Part shown: piece by piece, positions 21,483 through 33,355 of the stretch
Position numbering within the stretch: the stretch's first letter is position 1
Layout: every line of letters starts with the position of its first letter
Assembly: GCA_965240325.2 (NCBI GenBank)
Contig: OZ251223.1
Location: forward strand, 2,728,001-2,792,000
Length of the DNA stretch: 64,000 nt
Origin: Rebecca billardiae RCC1528
Taxonomy: Eukaryota > Protista > Haptophyta
Reading direction: 5' to 3'
Notes under the pieces: generated by a model
Databases searched by the model: none
The model's input: only the letters and a program-made list of their open reading frames with translations
Told to the model about the DNA's origin: nothing
Translations under genes and position numbers: made by a program

Positions 21483-22324
21483 CTGGCTGGTTCAGACCCA
21501 GCCGTTTCGTGGTACCCACGAACAATAAATTGCTCCGTGCGGAGCGGCTGGGAAAGTCCAGCAAGGGCCTGAAAGGAGATCCGGCCACGAGGGCTTCGGC
21601 GTGCCGCCCGCCCGCGTGCCGACGCGCCGTCGCGCTCGCGGCTGTGACGCGTCGGCGGTCGCGCGCGCGGCTCTCGCGCGAGTCGGATGGACGTGGATCC
21701 CTCTTCGCCGGCGCCTCCACCTGGTGAGCGGTGCTCTCCCCCCCTTCGCGCTCGCCGCGCACTGCTTCTGTCCCAGAGTGCGGTCTGTGGGGCACCGCGC
21801 GTACGCGTGGCCGGGCACCTCGCAAAACCTTCGCGGGCAACACTTTTGAGTGGCTGGCATGGGGGGGGACAATGTGTACCGTGAGCTGAGTGGCTACCCG
21901 TGTGCGAGCGCGGAGGGGCCAGCCCTCTTTTTCGGCCACACGTCTCACACTGTTCCATGGCCCGTTCTACCTTGTGTCCGTGTGCACGTACAAGTGGAGC
22001 AGGGCGGGGTGGGCGGCCCTTATCGCCGTCGGATGAGACCCAAAGATAGCATGTGCCACGCCGCACCGCGCTGCACCACCAGCCAACAATCTGGGCGGGC
22101 GGTACCGGCGATCTGCGCGGCGCGATGGGCACGGGCAGCATGCCTGCCAGCATGACGGCGAACACGGCAAACCGCCTGCAAATCAGGTTCAACGCGGTCT
22201 GAACTCCGCGAATCCGGATTTCACGCACGGGAAGACCGAAACGCTTTTCCACTGGATATCGCTAGCCGCTCCGCGGGGCCGCGGAGCGGCCTCCCAAAAG
22301 GAGCGGCGGGTCTGAACTAGCCAG
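21483..22324. mobile_element. 842-bp non-autonomous element, 17-bp TIR, 9-bp TSD (Mutator/Merlin-like)
   Basis: GTGCCGGTG|CTGGCTGGTTCAGACCC ... GGGTCTGAACTAGCCAG|GTGCCGGTG. Confidence 0.85.
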
Positions 22325-22558
22325 GTGCCGGTGATGGCCGTGTCAGCAGACAATAATCAGTACCGTTGTCAGTCGCAGCAGCAGTCGCTGACGCTGTGTC
22401 ACGCGGACCGTACGAGTACGACGGCGCTCCGGCGGCGCGCCGTCGTCAGAATATCATCGTCAGTCGTCATCAGATGATGATACTGATGAGTATTGGCGCT
22501 ATTGCGCGCTAGTCGCTACTCGGCCAGTAAGTGTAACGTACTACTATGACGAGTATGA

Positions 22559-22648
<90 letters not shown>

Positions 22649-22803
22649 TCATATGTCTAAGAGTAAGACTCAGACGACTGAGTATGATGATAGCATATCG
22701 TGATCGTGATGGACATCATGCCAACTTCGCCGCCGCGCGCACACATCACCATCCTATCAGCTCACCGAGTCCGCAGCCTGTCCTCTCAAGACTCGAGCTA
22801 CGC

Positions 22804-25800
22804 CTACTGGCGGCGCTGCTGCTTGAAGCGCTCCAGCGCGCCGAGGGGCGCGGCGTCCTCAGCATCGCGCTTGGCGCCCGCCGCCGAGCCGAACACGGCG
22901 TCCGGGATCGTGCGCTGCTGAATCGCGGGCTCGACATCTGCGCGCGTGCAGGGTGGGGGCAAGCGCGCATGAGGTGAGCTCCGGAGCGGGCTTCGCGCGC
23001 CCACGCACGCGCGAGAGCCGAGGCGCGCGAGATAGCTGGGCGGCGAGCCGCGCGCACCGTCCGGCTCAGCAGCAGCCGCCGCGTGCGCTCCGCCGTCGTC
23101 GGCCGCAGCGCCCTCGGCGTCGGCGGCGGCTGCGCCGTCGGCGGCCGCGCCGTCGGCGGCCGCGCTGTCGTCGGCCGGCTCTGCGCCGCCGTCCGCGCCC
23201 GCGCCCCCGCCCGCCGCCAGCGCGAGCGGCTGGTGGCGCGCGGCCAGCGCGTCCTGGTAGTAGCCGAGGCCGTACGGCCCGCGCTTGAACACGTGGCCGC
23301 GCCGCACGCCCACAAACGTCGGGCTGGGGAGGAAGCCCTCGGCCGCGCCGCCCGCGCCGGCCTGCTGCTGCTCGAGCAGCGACATCTGGTCCGCCGGCCC
23401 GCCCGCGCCCGGCGCGGCGGGCTGCGCGGCCGCGGCCGCGGCGGCGGCGCCGCCCACGGCCGCGTACTGCGCGCGCACGGCACGTTTGATTCTGAGCATC
23501 TCGCGGAAGGAATCCTCCGATCCCTGCTCGACCTCGAAGTCGTTCCACGCCTGCCACACGCGCTCATCGCTCTGCGGGTCGTACACTTGGGCGGCGTGCG
23601 TGTACAGCGCGCGCGCGCGCTCGATCTGCGCGCGCGCGGCGTCGAGCGGCGGGCGGGTCGGCGCGCGCGGCACGCACGCCGCGCGTCAGCCGCCGCTCCG
23701 CCCAGCCCGCGCGCCGCGCTGGCGTGCGGGCGCGCGCGCGCGCACCTCGCCGAGCTTGGTCTCGAGCGTGGCGTACTCGAGGCAGATGAGGCGCGAGGCG
23801 GCGTCGGGCAGCGCGTCCACCGCCTTCTCGTAGATCTCGCGCGTGCGCGTCACGCCGTACGCCTCCGCCGCGCGCTCGATGTACAGCCGGTACAGCCCGA
23901 GCCGCTCGGCGGGCGCCACCTTGTCCACGCCTTTCTCCAGGATCGCCATCGCGCGGCGCGCGAGGCCGTGCTGCAGCTCGAACTCGGCGTACGAGCGGTA
24001 GAGCGGCGCGGCGTGCTCGGCGGGGCACTTCTCGAGCGCCTGCTCGAACAGGTCGCGCGCGCGCTCCAGCTTCTCCCCGCCGTACCGCGCGACGAACTTG
24101 CCGAGGTACGTGCGCCACAGCTGCAGCGCCCACGGGAAGGCAAAGGTGGCCACGCCGCGCTCGTACGCCTGGAACGCCTGCTCGAAGTACTTGCGCTCCT
24201 CGAGGAAGGCGGCGAAGTTGAGCACGAGCTGCGGCGTGATCACCTTCAGCTCGAACATCCGCTCGTACGCGCGCTTCGCCGAGTCGAACGTGCCCACCGA
24301 CTCCTCGAGGTCGGCGTACATGGCCCAGAGCGAGGTGACGCGGAAGAGGCGGCAGCGCGCGGGGCCGGCCTCGAGCGCGCGCTTCGAGCGCTCGGCGGGC
24401 GGCGGCGGCGTGGTGGCCTCGCGCAGCAGGGCGAGCGCGGCCTGGAACTGCTTGTGCCGCAGCTCGAGCTCCGCGCGCTCGAGCCACACGCCCGCCAGCT
24501 CGTCCACGCTCCTGAACTCGACGTCGGCCGCCTTGCGCAGGATGGCGCGCGCGTTGGGCACGTCACCGTGCGCCTCGTAAAACTTGGCGAAGGCGAGCCA
24601 GATGGCGGAGAGCCTGCCGTGCGTGGCGTGCTGCGGGTCGACGGACTTGACCGCGGTGGCGAACGTGTGGATCGCGCGCGCGGGCTCCCCCTTGAACAGC
24701 TCCACCCGCTTGAGCCACTCCTTCACGGAGTGCGGGTTCTGCCGCAGCAGCACGGAGGACAGCAGCTCGGGGCGGCGCTCGGTGAGGCGCTCGAGCCGGG
24801 CGAGGCGGATGTCGAGGTCGGCCTGCGCCTCGGCGAGGCGCGCGGCGAGGGCGGGGGGCGGCTCCCCGCCCGCCTCGCGCGCCGCGCCCGCCTGCGCCTC
24901 CAGCGCCTCCACCCCCTCCATCTGCGTGCCGATCATGCTCTCCTCAAACTGCGCGTACGCGTCGAACACCATCGAGAAGTCGCGCACGGTCGGCACCGAC
25001 GTGGCCGCCTCCTCGTACACGTCGCGCGCGCGCTCGAACTGGGCCTGCCGGATGAAGAAGTCGGCGAGGCTCGTCCAGATGTGCCCCGTCTCGTTGCTGA
25101 ACTCGCGCAGCCCGCCGCGGATGATCGCCTCGCCGCGCAGCTTGGGCGCGCACTCGGCCGGGTGCTCGGAGATGAGCGCGCACAGCCGCAGCCACATGGC
25201 GTGGCGGGTCTCGCCGCGCGGCGAGCTGAAGCTCTCGCGGTTGAGCAGCTCGGCGAGGCGCGCGGCGGCCTCGCCCACGCGCCCCGCCGAGAGCAGGAAG
25301 TCGATGTACTCCTCCGCGCCGTCGGGGTCGAACTGCGCGCGGCGCGTGCGCGCGGCGCGTGCGCGCGGCGTGTGACGTGCGGTCAGCGGCGCGCGAGGTT
25401 CGGGGCGCGCGCGCGCGCAGCGCGCGGTCGGGCGGCGGGAGCCGGCGGCGCACGCACCTTCAGGTACCGCCGGTACACGCGCACCGCCGTCTCCGTCACC
25501 CCGAGCCTCGAGACGAAGGTGAGGTACAGCGGCCACACGCGCTCGTGCTGTGTGAGCGGCAGCGCGCGCAGCGCGCGGTCAAACGCGTGGCGCGTGTGCG
25601 TCGGGCGCGGCAGCTCGCACAGGAGCTCGAGGTAGTCCAGCCAGATCCGCGGCATCTTGTGCATGTACACCAGCGCGCGCTCGTGCACGTTCACCAGCTC
25701 GTCGTGCGCGCGGCCTGCGCGGCACTTGGCCTTCACCTGCTCGCGCCGGTCGCGCAGGTACATGCGCCACAGCTTGTACGAGCCGGGCAGGTGCTTGAGC

Positions 25801-26095
25801 GCGCGCTCGTACACGACGTTCCGCGACGCCGGCGCCGAGCGCCGCTTCGCGTCCAGGTAGCGCAGCCAGTACTTGAGCGAGTACGAGTTGCGCAGCAGGT
25901 CCTCCTCATAGAGGATGTCGTTTGCATCCTGCGCGCGCGTTCCGGCAGGGGGGGGGGAGCGGCCCGCAGGGGCGCGAGGGCGTGAGCAGCGGGCGTCGGG
26001 CGCGCGTCGGGCGGCGGTGCGCGGTCGTGCCACTCGCCAGCGGCGCCCGTCGCGCTCGCGGGCGCGCGCACCTCGATCAACGGCGCGGCCACCAT
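22804..26095 (-). CDS. SYF1: Pre-mRNA splicing factor SYF1/XAB2 (HAT repeats); introns 25929-26071, 25333-25457, 23626-23745 and probably 22938-23057
   Basis: YEEDLLRNSYSLKYWLRY, YERALKHLPGSYKLW, HKMPRIW, VLLRQNPH, FREMLRIKR. Confidence 0.96.
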
Positions 26096-26250
26096 GCGGC
26101 CGCGTGAGCGTCGACGCGCGGGCCTACGCGGGGCGCCGGCCTCGCGGAGCGCTCACGATGGCTGCCTACCGCGCCGCCGAGGTTTGGTGCCGGACGTGAC
26201 CCCGATTGATTGACGACGTTGTTTGCATCGCCCCGCGTGGCCGCGCTCCG

Positions 26251-27828
26251 ATGACGGACTCGGCGCTGGCAGACCCGGACCTGCGGAACGCGATGCTGAT
26301 CGTGACGGTCCTCTTCACCGCCTCCCTCGTCCTCACACGCCGCCTCCTCTGGCCGCGTGACGAGCCGCACGCGTGCCCGTGCGCGCCGACGTCCGCATGG
26401 GCCAACCTTGCCGGCCTCACGAGCCCGTGGGCGCCCGAGTACGTGCTCGACCTGACGCGCCGGCTGGGCGACAGCCATGCGTTCCGCGTGCGCCTGCCCT
26501 TCCTCTCGTGGCAGCTGTACGTGCTCACCGACGTGGAGGCCGCGCGCGCGCTGCTGGACGACCCGGCCGCGGCCAAGCCGGCGTGGTATTACGCGCCGCT
26601 CAACGGGTGCACGGGCTGGGCGTCGACGGTGTTCACGGCGCCGACGCTGGCGGCGTGCGAGCGCGACCGGCGGCTTGCGGCGCCCGCGTTCAACGCCACG
26701 GGCCTCGCGCGCGCGCGCCGCGCGTGCGCCAAGCACGCCGCGGCGCTCGCGGCGAGCACCGTCGAGCGGGCGTGTGGCACGGATGGCGGCGTGGACGTGA
26801 GCCAGCTGTCGCTGCGGCTGTGCGCGGGCGTGGTGTGCGAGGCGTGCTTCGGGTACGAGCTCTCGTTCGCGGAGACGGAGGTGCTCATCGAGGCCGTCAC
26901 CTGCCTGGCGCGCGAGTACGCGCAGCGCCGGCTCGCCAACCCGCTGCGCGCGTACGCCTCAGCGCTGCTGCCGGAGGCGCGGCGCGCGGCCGCCGCCTCC
27001 GGGCGGGTGCGTGCGCTCTGCGCGCGCATGCTGCAGCAGCACCGCGCGCAGGGCACCGCCGCGCCGCGCGACTCGCTGCTCGCCGCGCTGGACGGCCCCG
27101 CCGCTGCCGCCACGCCCGATCGCGCCAAGCTCTCCGAGCTCAGCGGCTGGCTGCTCGCCGCCGTGGACACGAGCGCGCACGCACTGGGCTGGTTGCTCTG
27201 CGAGCTGGCGGCGGCGGGCGCGGACGGGCCGCAGCGCGACGCGCGGGCGGAGGCGCGCGCGAGCGCGGGCGGGCAGCGCGGCGCGCCGGCCGCACCGCTC
27301 CTCGACGCGTGCGTGCGCGAGACACTCCGCCTCCACCCCCCGACCGCCTTCCTCGTGCGCACCACGGCGAGCGCGCTCCCGCTTCGCGCCCGGCGCGGCC
27401 CCGGCGCGCGCGCGCCCGCGGGCGGTGGAGGCGCTGCGGATCCGAGCACGGCCCCGGCCGCGGCCGTCCCGGCCGGCGCGCACGTGCTCGTGCCCATCTT
27501 CGCGCTGCAGCGCTCGGCGGCGGCGTTCGAGGAGCCCGACAGCTTCGTGCCGGAGCGCTGGCGTGCCCAGGGCGGCGTGTCCTCCGCGCCGCACTCGCGG
27601 CTGGCGCAGAGCTGCCTGCCGTTCGGCGCTGGCCGGCGCGCGTGCCCGGGCGAGGCGTGGGCGCGCGCGAGCGTCGCGGCGCTCGCCGCCGAGCTGCTCG
27701 CGCGGTACGAGCTGAGCGCGCTGCAGCCGCCGCTGCCGTACACCGTGCGCACGCGCATGCCGTTCTGCGCGCGCCTGCGCGTCGAGCACGCGCGCAGCGC
27801 TGACGCTAGTGCCCCGCGCTCGGAGTAG
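26251..27828 (+). CDS. Cytochrome P450
   Basis: N-terminal TM anchor, I-helix AAVDTS, ETLR (ExxR), PERW, heme motif PFGAGRRACPG. Confidence 0.92.
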   Translation: MTDSALADPDLRNAMLIVTVLFTASLVLTRRLLWPRDEPHACPCAPTSAWANLAGLTSPWAPEYVLDLTRRLGDSHAFRVRLPFLSWQLYVLTDVEAARALLDDPAAAKPAWYYAPLNGCTGWASTVFTAPTLAACERDRRLAAPAFNATGLARARRACAKHAAALAASTVERACGTDGGVDVSQLSLRLCAGVVCEACFGYELSFAETEVLIEAVTCLAREYAQRRLANPLRAYASALLPEARRAAAASGRVRALCARMLQQHRAQGTAAPRDSLLAALDGPAAAATPDRAKLSELSGWLLAAVDTSAHALGWLLCELAAAGADGPQRDARAEARASAGGQRGAPAAPLLDACVRETLRLHPPTAFLVRTTASALPLRARRGPGARAPAGGGGAADPSTAPAAAVPAGAHVLVPIFALQRSAAAFEEPDSFVPERWRAQGGVSSAPHSRLAQSCLPFGAGRRACPGEAWARASVAALAAELLARYELSALQPPLPYTVRTRMPFCARLRVEHARSADASAPRSE

Positions 27829-27855
27829 CACACGATACTCGTTGATGGAGCTGTA

Positions 27856-28045
27856 CAGTTTACTATGTTTTAACGTGCACACTTGGTTTAGGCGTGATTG
27901 ACGCCATCCAACACATCACAAAGACACCGCCACAAAACAGACCGGCGCAGGCAGGTGAGGGGCGCGTTGCCATGTACTACCGTAGTATGAATACCGTCAA
28001 TCTCGCCTGCCTGAGCTGTGTGCGTCTCTTATTCTTAGTAAACTG
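27856..28045. mobile_element. 190-bp MITE-like element, 10-bp TIR CAGTTTACTA, TA-flanked
   Basis: TA|CAGTTTACTA...TAGTAAACTG|TA. The left arm matches the right end of 18825-19121 (reverse complement) and the right arm matches the end of 19284-19422. Confidence 0.85.
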
Positions 28046-28208
28046 TAGTTAATGAATTCGAAACCACGATGTCGTTACGTGCGTCTTTCCTGGCCCGCAC
28101 GCGTGGACGTTATCGATTCGCGTTGTTAGGGTCTCGAGTCAGACGTTTCGGTCGCCATCGTAGCGCGCCCGGGCGGTCGTTCTTGCCCGCGCGAGGGCGA
28201 GGCGCGCC

Positions 28209-29583
28209 ATGCCTCCGAAGAAGGGGGGCGGCAAGGGGAAGGGGAAGCAGAAGGAGGACCCCGTCGAGGCGTCGCGCCGCGCCATCGAGGAGCGCGCCGA
28301 GCACGAGCGCCAGATCAAGCAGCTGCACGGCGAGCTGCGCGAGCAGCTCGTGCTCGTCGACGCGGCCGAGAACCGGCTGCGCGACGCGCGGGCCGACCTG
28401 GAGCACCAGCGCGCGGACCACGAGGACATCAACACGTACCTCGAGCGCCAGCTGCAGGAGAAGAAGAAGCTCGTGGAGGACATGCAGGAGAAGTTCAACG
28501 AGCAGCAGGAGATGCGGCTGCGCCGGCGCGCCGAGCTCCGGTACGGTCTCGACTTTGAGGAGCAGAGCGCCGAGTCGCGGCGCGAGCGCAACCGGAAGCA
28601 GCTGGAGAACAACGAGCAGGCGCTCGCGTTCATGCCCGAGTACACCAACCTGCTCGAGCGCAACGCCACGGCCGACGAGGCGTACACGCAGCTCGAGGCG
28701 CGGCTCGAGGCGGCGAGCGCCGAGCTCGCGCTCAAGCAGACGTGGGCGTCGATCATCGCCGCGTGCAAGACGGGGTCGGACGAGGCGGGGCTCGGCGGGA
28801 TGCCGTGCCTGCTGATCGAGGCGATGCGCGCCTTCCCCGACCACGCCTTTCTGCAGGAGCAGGCGCTCACCATGCTCGCCGCGCTGCTCGCCGCCGACGA
28901 GGCGGACAACGCGCGCATGATCCACCGCAGCGGCGGGGTGCCGGCGATCGTGCGCGCGCTCAGCGAGCACGGCCCGCACTCGCGCGCGCTGGCGACGCAC
29001 GCGTGCGGCCTGCTGTGGGGGCTCGCCGTCGCGTCGGCCGCGGTGTGCAACGACCTCGCCGAGAACGACGTGCTCCCGCTCGTCATCCGCACGCTGCGCG
29101 AGCACACCGCCTCCTCTCGGCTCTGCTACAACGCGTGCGGCGCGATCGCCTACTTACTGGTCACGCGCCCGCAGCAGTTCACCGTGGCGTCGCAGATCGA
29201 GTCGCTGCCGCCGATCGACCGGGCGGCGGTGCAGGCGCACCCGGCGCTCACGCGCAGAACCAAGCCGCCGCCGAGCGACCCCGCCGAGCTGCGCCGCCAG
29301 ATGGAGCTGCTGCGGCTGCAGACGGGCGCGGGCGTGCGCGCGAGCATGCGCCAGTCGCAGTCCATCACGGTCGGCGGCACCAAGCTCACGGGCAGCGCGG
29401 CGTGGCACCGCGAGCTGCTGGTCGCGGCGATCTCGAAGCACACGCGGAAGGAGCGCTCCGAGCTGCCCATCGCCCCGGCGCGCGAGCTCTCCCTCTCGCC
29501 GCGCGGGCGCACGGCCGCGGGCGTGCGCACGGGCGGCAAGCTGGCTGACGCGGTGCTGAGCAGCTTGGGCGATCCTGGGGAGT

Positions 29584-29620
<37 letters not shown>

Positions 29621-31642
29621 GCCCAGCCCGGCGAGGCGTGCCGGGCAGTCGATCTCGCGCGCGTCGATGGACAGCAGCTTCCTCGACTTCCCCGACGGCC
29701 CCGTGGACACGACCGAGCGGCTCAAGGTCGCGCCCGAGGCCCTCGACGCGCTGCTGGAGGCCGTGCGCAGACACCCGGCCGAGGCCAAGGCTGTCGAGTA
29801 CGCGCTGTGCGCGGTGTGGAATGTGCTGCTGCACGCGCCGCCCGACGTGGCGCGCGAGTTCGTGACGGACTCGTCGCTCGACGGGCTCGGGCTGGTGCTC
29901 GAGATGATGAGAACGCACGCGCGCGTCGCCGGCGTGCTGCTCTACTCGGTCGCCATCCTCCTCATCGCCGTCGACGTGCCCGGCGGCGCGGAGCAGCTGC
30001 TCGTCGCAAAGGCCGCGCCCCTCGCGCAGGTGCGGCCGCGCGCGCGCGCGGCGCCCTCGGAAGGGCGCGAGCGAGCGCCGCGCGCGGCGCGCCCGACGGC
30101 GCGGCTGACGGCGCGCGCCGCCGCGGCCCCACCCGCGCCGCGCGCCGCGCCCGCCCGCGCAGGAGGTCGCGCGCGCGCACCCGCACAACGAGCGGCTGCA
30201 GGAGGGCGTGGTCGAGCTCGACGACGCGCTCACGCACGCGCACCTGCAGCCGCTGGCGGACAGGGGCGCGCCGCCCGACGGCTGGAGCGCGGCGACGCAC
30301 GCGCACTGGCTGCAGCTCTCCGCGCACCTGCACGAGGTGTTCGCGGACATGTCGCCGGACAAGACGGCGCTGTACCGAGCGCTGCACGCGCTGCACGGCG
30401 GGTACCACCGGCTCGCGCAGATCTTCCGGTACTACGCGTCGAGCGGGGGCACCGCCGAGACCTCGATCGACGCCTACTCGCTCGACGTGCGCGAGTGGAA
30501 CACGCTCGCCAAGACGTGCAAGCTGGCGACCCGCTCGTACGACCGCACGCAGATCAACCGCGTGTTCCTCGAGACCTCGGCCACGCCGAAGGACGGGCTC
30601 ACCGAGCACGTCCTCGACTTCTCAGGCTTCATCGAGGCGCTCGTGCGCGTCGCGTTTGAGCGGCTCAACCCCTTCTACACGGCGTGGCTGCTGGGCACGG
30701 CGAGCAGCGACGTGGGGATGGTGCCGATCGACGAGGCGGTGACGCACCTGCTGCAGGAGAACATCTTCCCGCTCTCGGACGCGCCGGAGATGGACGTCGC
30801 GCTGCGCCTCGTCAAGAACGAGCAGGTGCGCCGCGCACGCGCCGCGCGCGCACGCGCAAGAGCGAGCGAGCTCGCGCGAGCGCGGCGCGCCTTTGCCGCT
30901 CCTCACCGCCGCCGCCGCCGCCGCCGCGCCGCGCCGCGCGGCCCCGTCGCGGCCCCGTGCGCAGGTGGACATCATCGTCGCGCAGCACCGGCCGACGCTG
31001 TTCAAGCTCTTCAAGAAGTTCGCCTTCCGCACCGCCAGCGCGATCGAGGTGGTGCGGCAGGCGGACTTCGTGAGCATGGCGCGCCAAGCCAACATCATCG
31101 CCCCCGGCAAGGGCGGGCTGACCGCGCGCGAGGCGAAGGCGGCATTCGCGGAGTCGCAGTCGGACAAGGCAAACGCGGTGGCGATGGACGACGGCGAGGG
31201 CGGCGGCGTCGAGACGACGACCGCAGACTTTGACGAGTTCGTCGAGTGCCTCTGCCGCTGCGCCGTCGCGCGGTACGTCTCGTCCGGCACCGAGCCGCTG
31301 CTTGTGAACGAGGCGGCGGGACTCATCAGCAACATCTTTGCGCAGCTCAACCGCGGGCTGCAGAACGCCATCTTCAAGGCCTCGATCGCGCCCGGGCCGC
31401 CGGGCGGCGCGCAGCCGGCGAGCCGGATGACGGGCGTGTCGGCCTCCGAGGTCGCGGCAGCGGCCGCCGCGACCGCCGCGGGGGCAGCAGCGGCGCCGCC
31501 GCAGCAGACGACGACGACCGTGCGGCTCGTGCCCGTGCCGGTCGGCCAGGCGGGTGCATTGGGCGCTTCTGCCGCGGGCGCGGCCTCGGCCATGCCGAAG
31601 CCACAGCAGCAGACTGTCTCCGCAGTGGGCGGCGCCTTGTAG
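28209..31642 (+). CDS. Coiled-coil plus armadillo-repeat protein with EF-hand/p25-like C-terminus, probably flagellar or basal-body associated; introns 30030-30162 and 30826-30964
   Basis: MPPKKGGGKGKGK start, heptad-rich N-terminus, ARM-like GGVPAIVRAL...ACGLLWGLA, LDFSGFIEALVRVA and DFDEFVECLCRCA motifs. Confidence 0.75.
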
Positions 31643-31704
31643 CATCCGCGTCATCAGTATCGTCACCCGATAGACTTTCACATCGTCAGTACACGGTTAC
31701 TTCC

Positions 31705-32617
31705 GGCCTGTTTTATTTCTACGAGAGCCCAACGGCGACATTCGCCAAAACCGGGTAAAATGGCGGCTTGCCCGCTGGTGGTGGGTGCCGGCGCGATTGC
31801 GGAGTAGGGATGGCACGTCGTTGGCGCATGTTCGTACTAGGGCGCTGAGCTGTAGCGAAAGGTGTTGCCAAGGCATGCTGCTTAGCCTTGCCATGGTGCT
31901 TCGCCATGACACAGAGGTCACTCGCAGCGCACGGCGGTGTGACGATCGCCGCGCCGCGGCGGCAAACCGCAGTTGCGGGCGCGCTGCGAGCTGCAAGCAC
32001 TCTGCCTTGGCTGCGTCGCGCCCGTGTCAGTTGTTGAACCAGGATTGTTGAACAACCGATGGGCTGCAAACGATACCAGCTACACTCGCTCCGCCGCCAC
32101 TTCCTTGTCGAGCGTGAGATGCTTCCGTTGCGTGCGCTCGCATGCAGCTTGCCGCCTGCATTTGAACGTGGTCACGGCAGGTTGGTGGGCTGGTTGCTCA
32201 GGCCTCCTCGGCGTAGATGACGACAGGGTGCGTGCCACGCGCACCCATGACGCGGGAAAGGCGTGCACACGCGTCCTCGCGCATCTGGCAGGCTGCAGTC
32301 TTGGCCAAGATGATGCCAGAACAAGCCTGCCAGTGCCTCGCCGCGCGGGCGCGAGCGCGCAGAGAGATCTGGCTTCTGACCCGTGCTCTTCAGTGTACCT
32401 CGTGTGCGACGACGACGAGGCGGACGAGCGCCGCAACTGGATTCCTGCACTCACCGGTCACCGAGGAGTGCAGGAATCGCATTCCTCGCGCACGCCGGGG
32501 CCGCCATCGGCCGTGAGAGGAACACTGAACGGGGCGTGACACCGATTCCCACTGGCGGGCACGGGTTTGTCGCCGTGACATAGTAAATGGAATCTGGTAG
32601 ATGAAATAAAACAGGCC
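31705..32617. mobile_element. 913-bp element with perfect 15-bp TIR and candidate 4-bp TSD
   Basis: TTCC|GGCCTGTTTTATTTC ... GAAATAAAACAGGCC|TTCC. Confidence 0.7.
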
Positions 32618-32723
32618 TTCCGGCGGCGCTACCATCGGCGACGGCTTCATGGGCGGTGACAGTTGGCGAGCGTCAATCTCGCCTGCCTGAGCTGTGTGCG
32701 TCTCTTATTCTTAGTAAACTGTA

Positions 32724-32774
<51 letters not shown>

Positions 32775-33073
32775 TAAAATTATTATAAATACTACCGCGG
32801 GCCGGCGCCGCCTCCGCCGTCCGATCTGCTGCCAGATTCATGCATTCGTCAGATATTGACATCGCTACCGCCACGCCCACGTCCGCCACTCACCGTGGTC
32901 ACGGGCTACAGATATACTACGACGAGTACAGAACTTCCACGCGACTAAGAATAAGAGACGCACACAGCGCTCAGGCAGGCGAGATTGACGCCCGCCAACT
33001 GTCACCGCGCATGAAACCGTCGCCGATGGTAGCGCCGTCGGAATATTCGTTCAGCCGTCCGCCTGCGAGGCCT
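32618..33073. mobile_element. Two oppositely oriented CAGTTTACTA-family end fragments flanking a (TA)n tract
   Basis: 32618-32721 (-) and ~32944-33073 (+) match 19284-19422. Confidence 0.8.
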
Positions 33074-33309
33074 GTACGAGGGCTGCGACCGCCTCGCGGC
33101 GCGCCAGCGCCCGTCGTCCTCGCCCCACCGTCGTCCACAAAACGTCGTCGTCCGAACTCTCCGACTGGGCGCCGTTGCGACAGCGCGCCGACAGGGTGAG
33201 GATGTAGTATACGGAATGTTGAGCCCCACTGTCGGTTGGGGAAGGTGTGTATCAAGCGGCATGACTGGGGTAGCATAGTAGTCGGAGGCTGATGACTGAT
33301 GGCAGCCCT

Positions 33310-33355
33310 GACTGATCCGACCAGGTCCAGGAGACTGATCCGACCAGGTCCAGGA
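33310..33355. repeat. 23-bp tandem duplication
   Basis: GACTGATCCGACCAGGTCCAGGA x2. Confidence 0.9.

Noticed and set aside
22262-22320. Helitron 3' end (hairpin plus CTAG)
   Set aside because: The CTAG is part of a TIR with a matching left end and a 9-bp TSD, and it is not followed by T.
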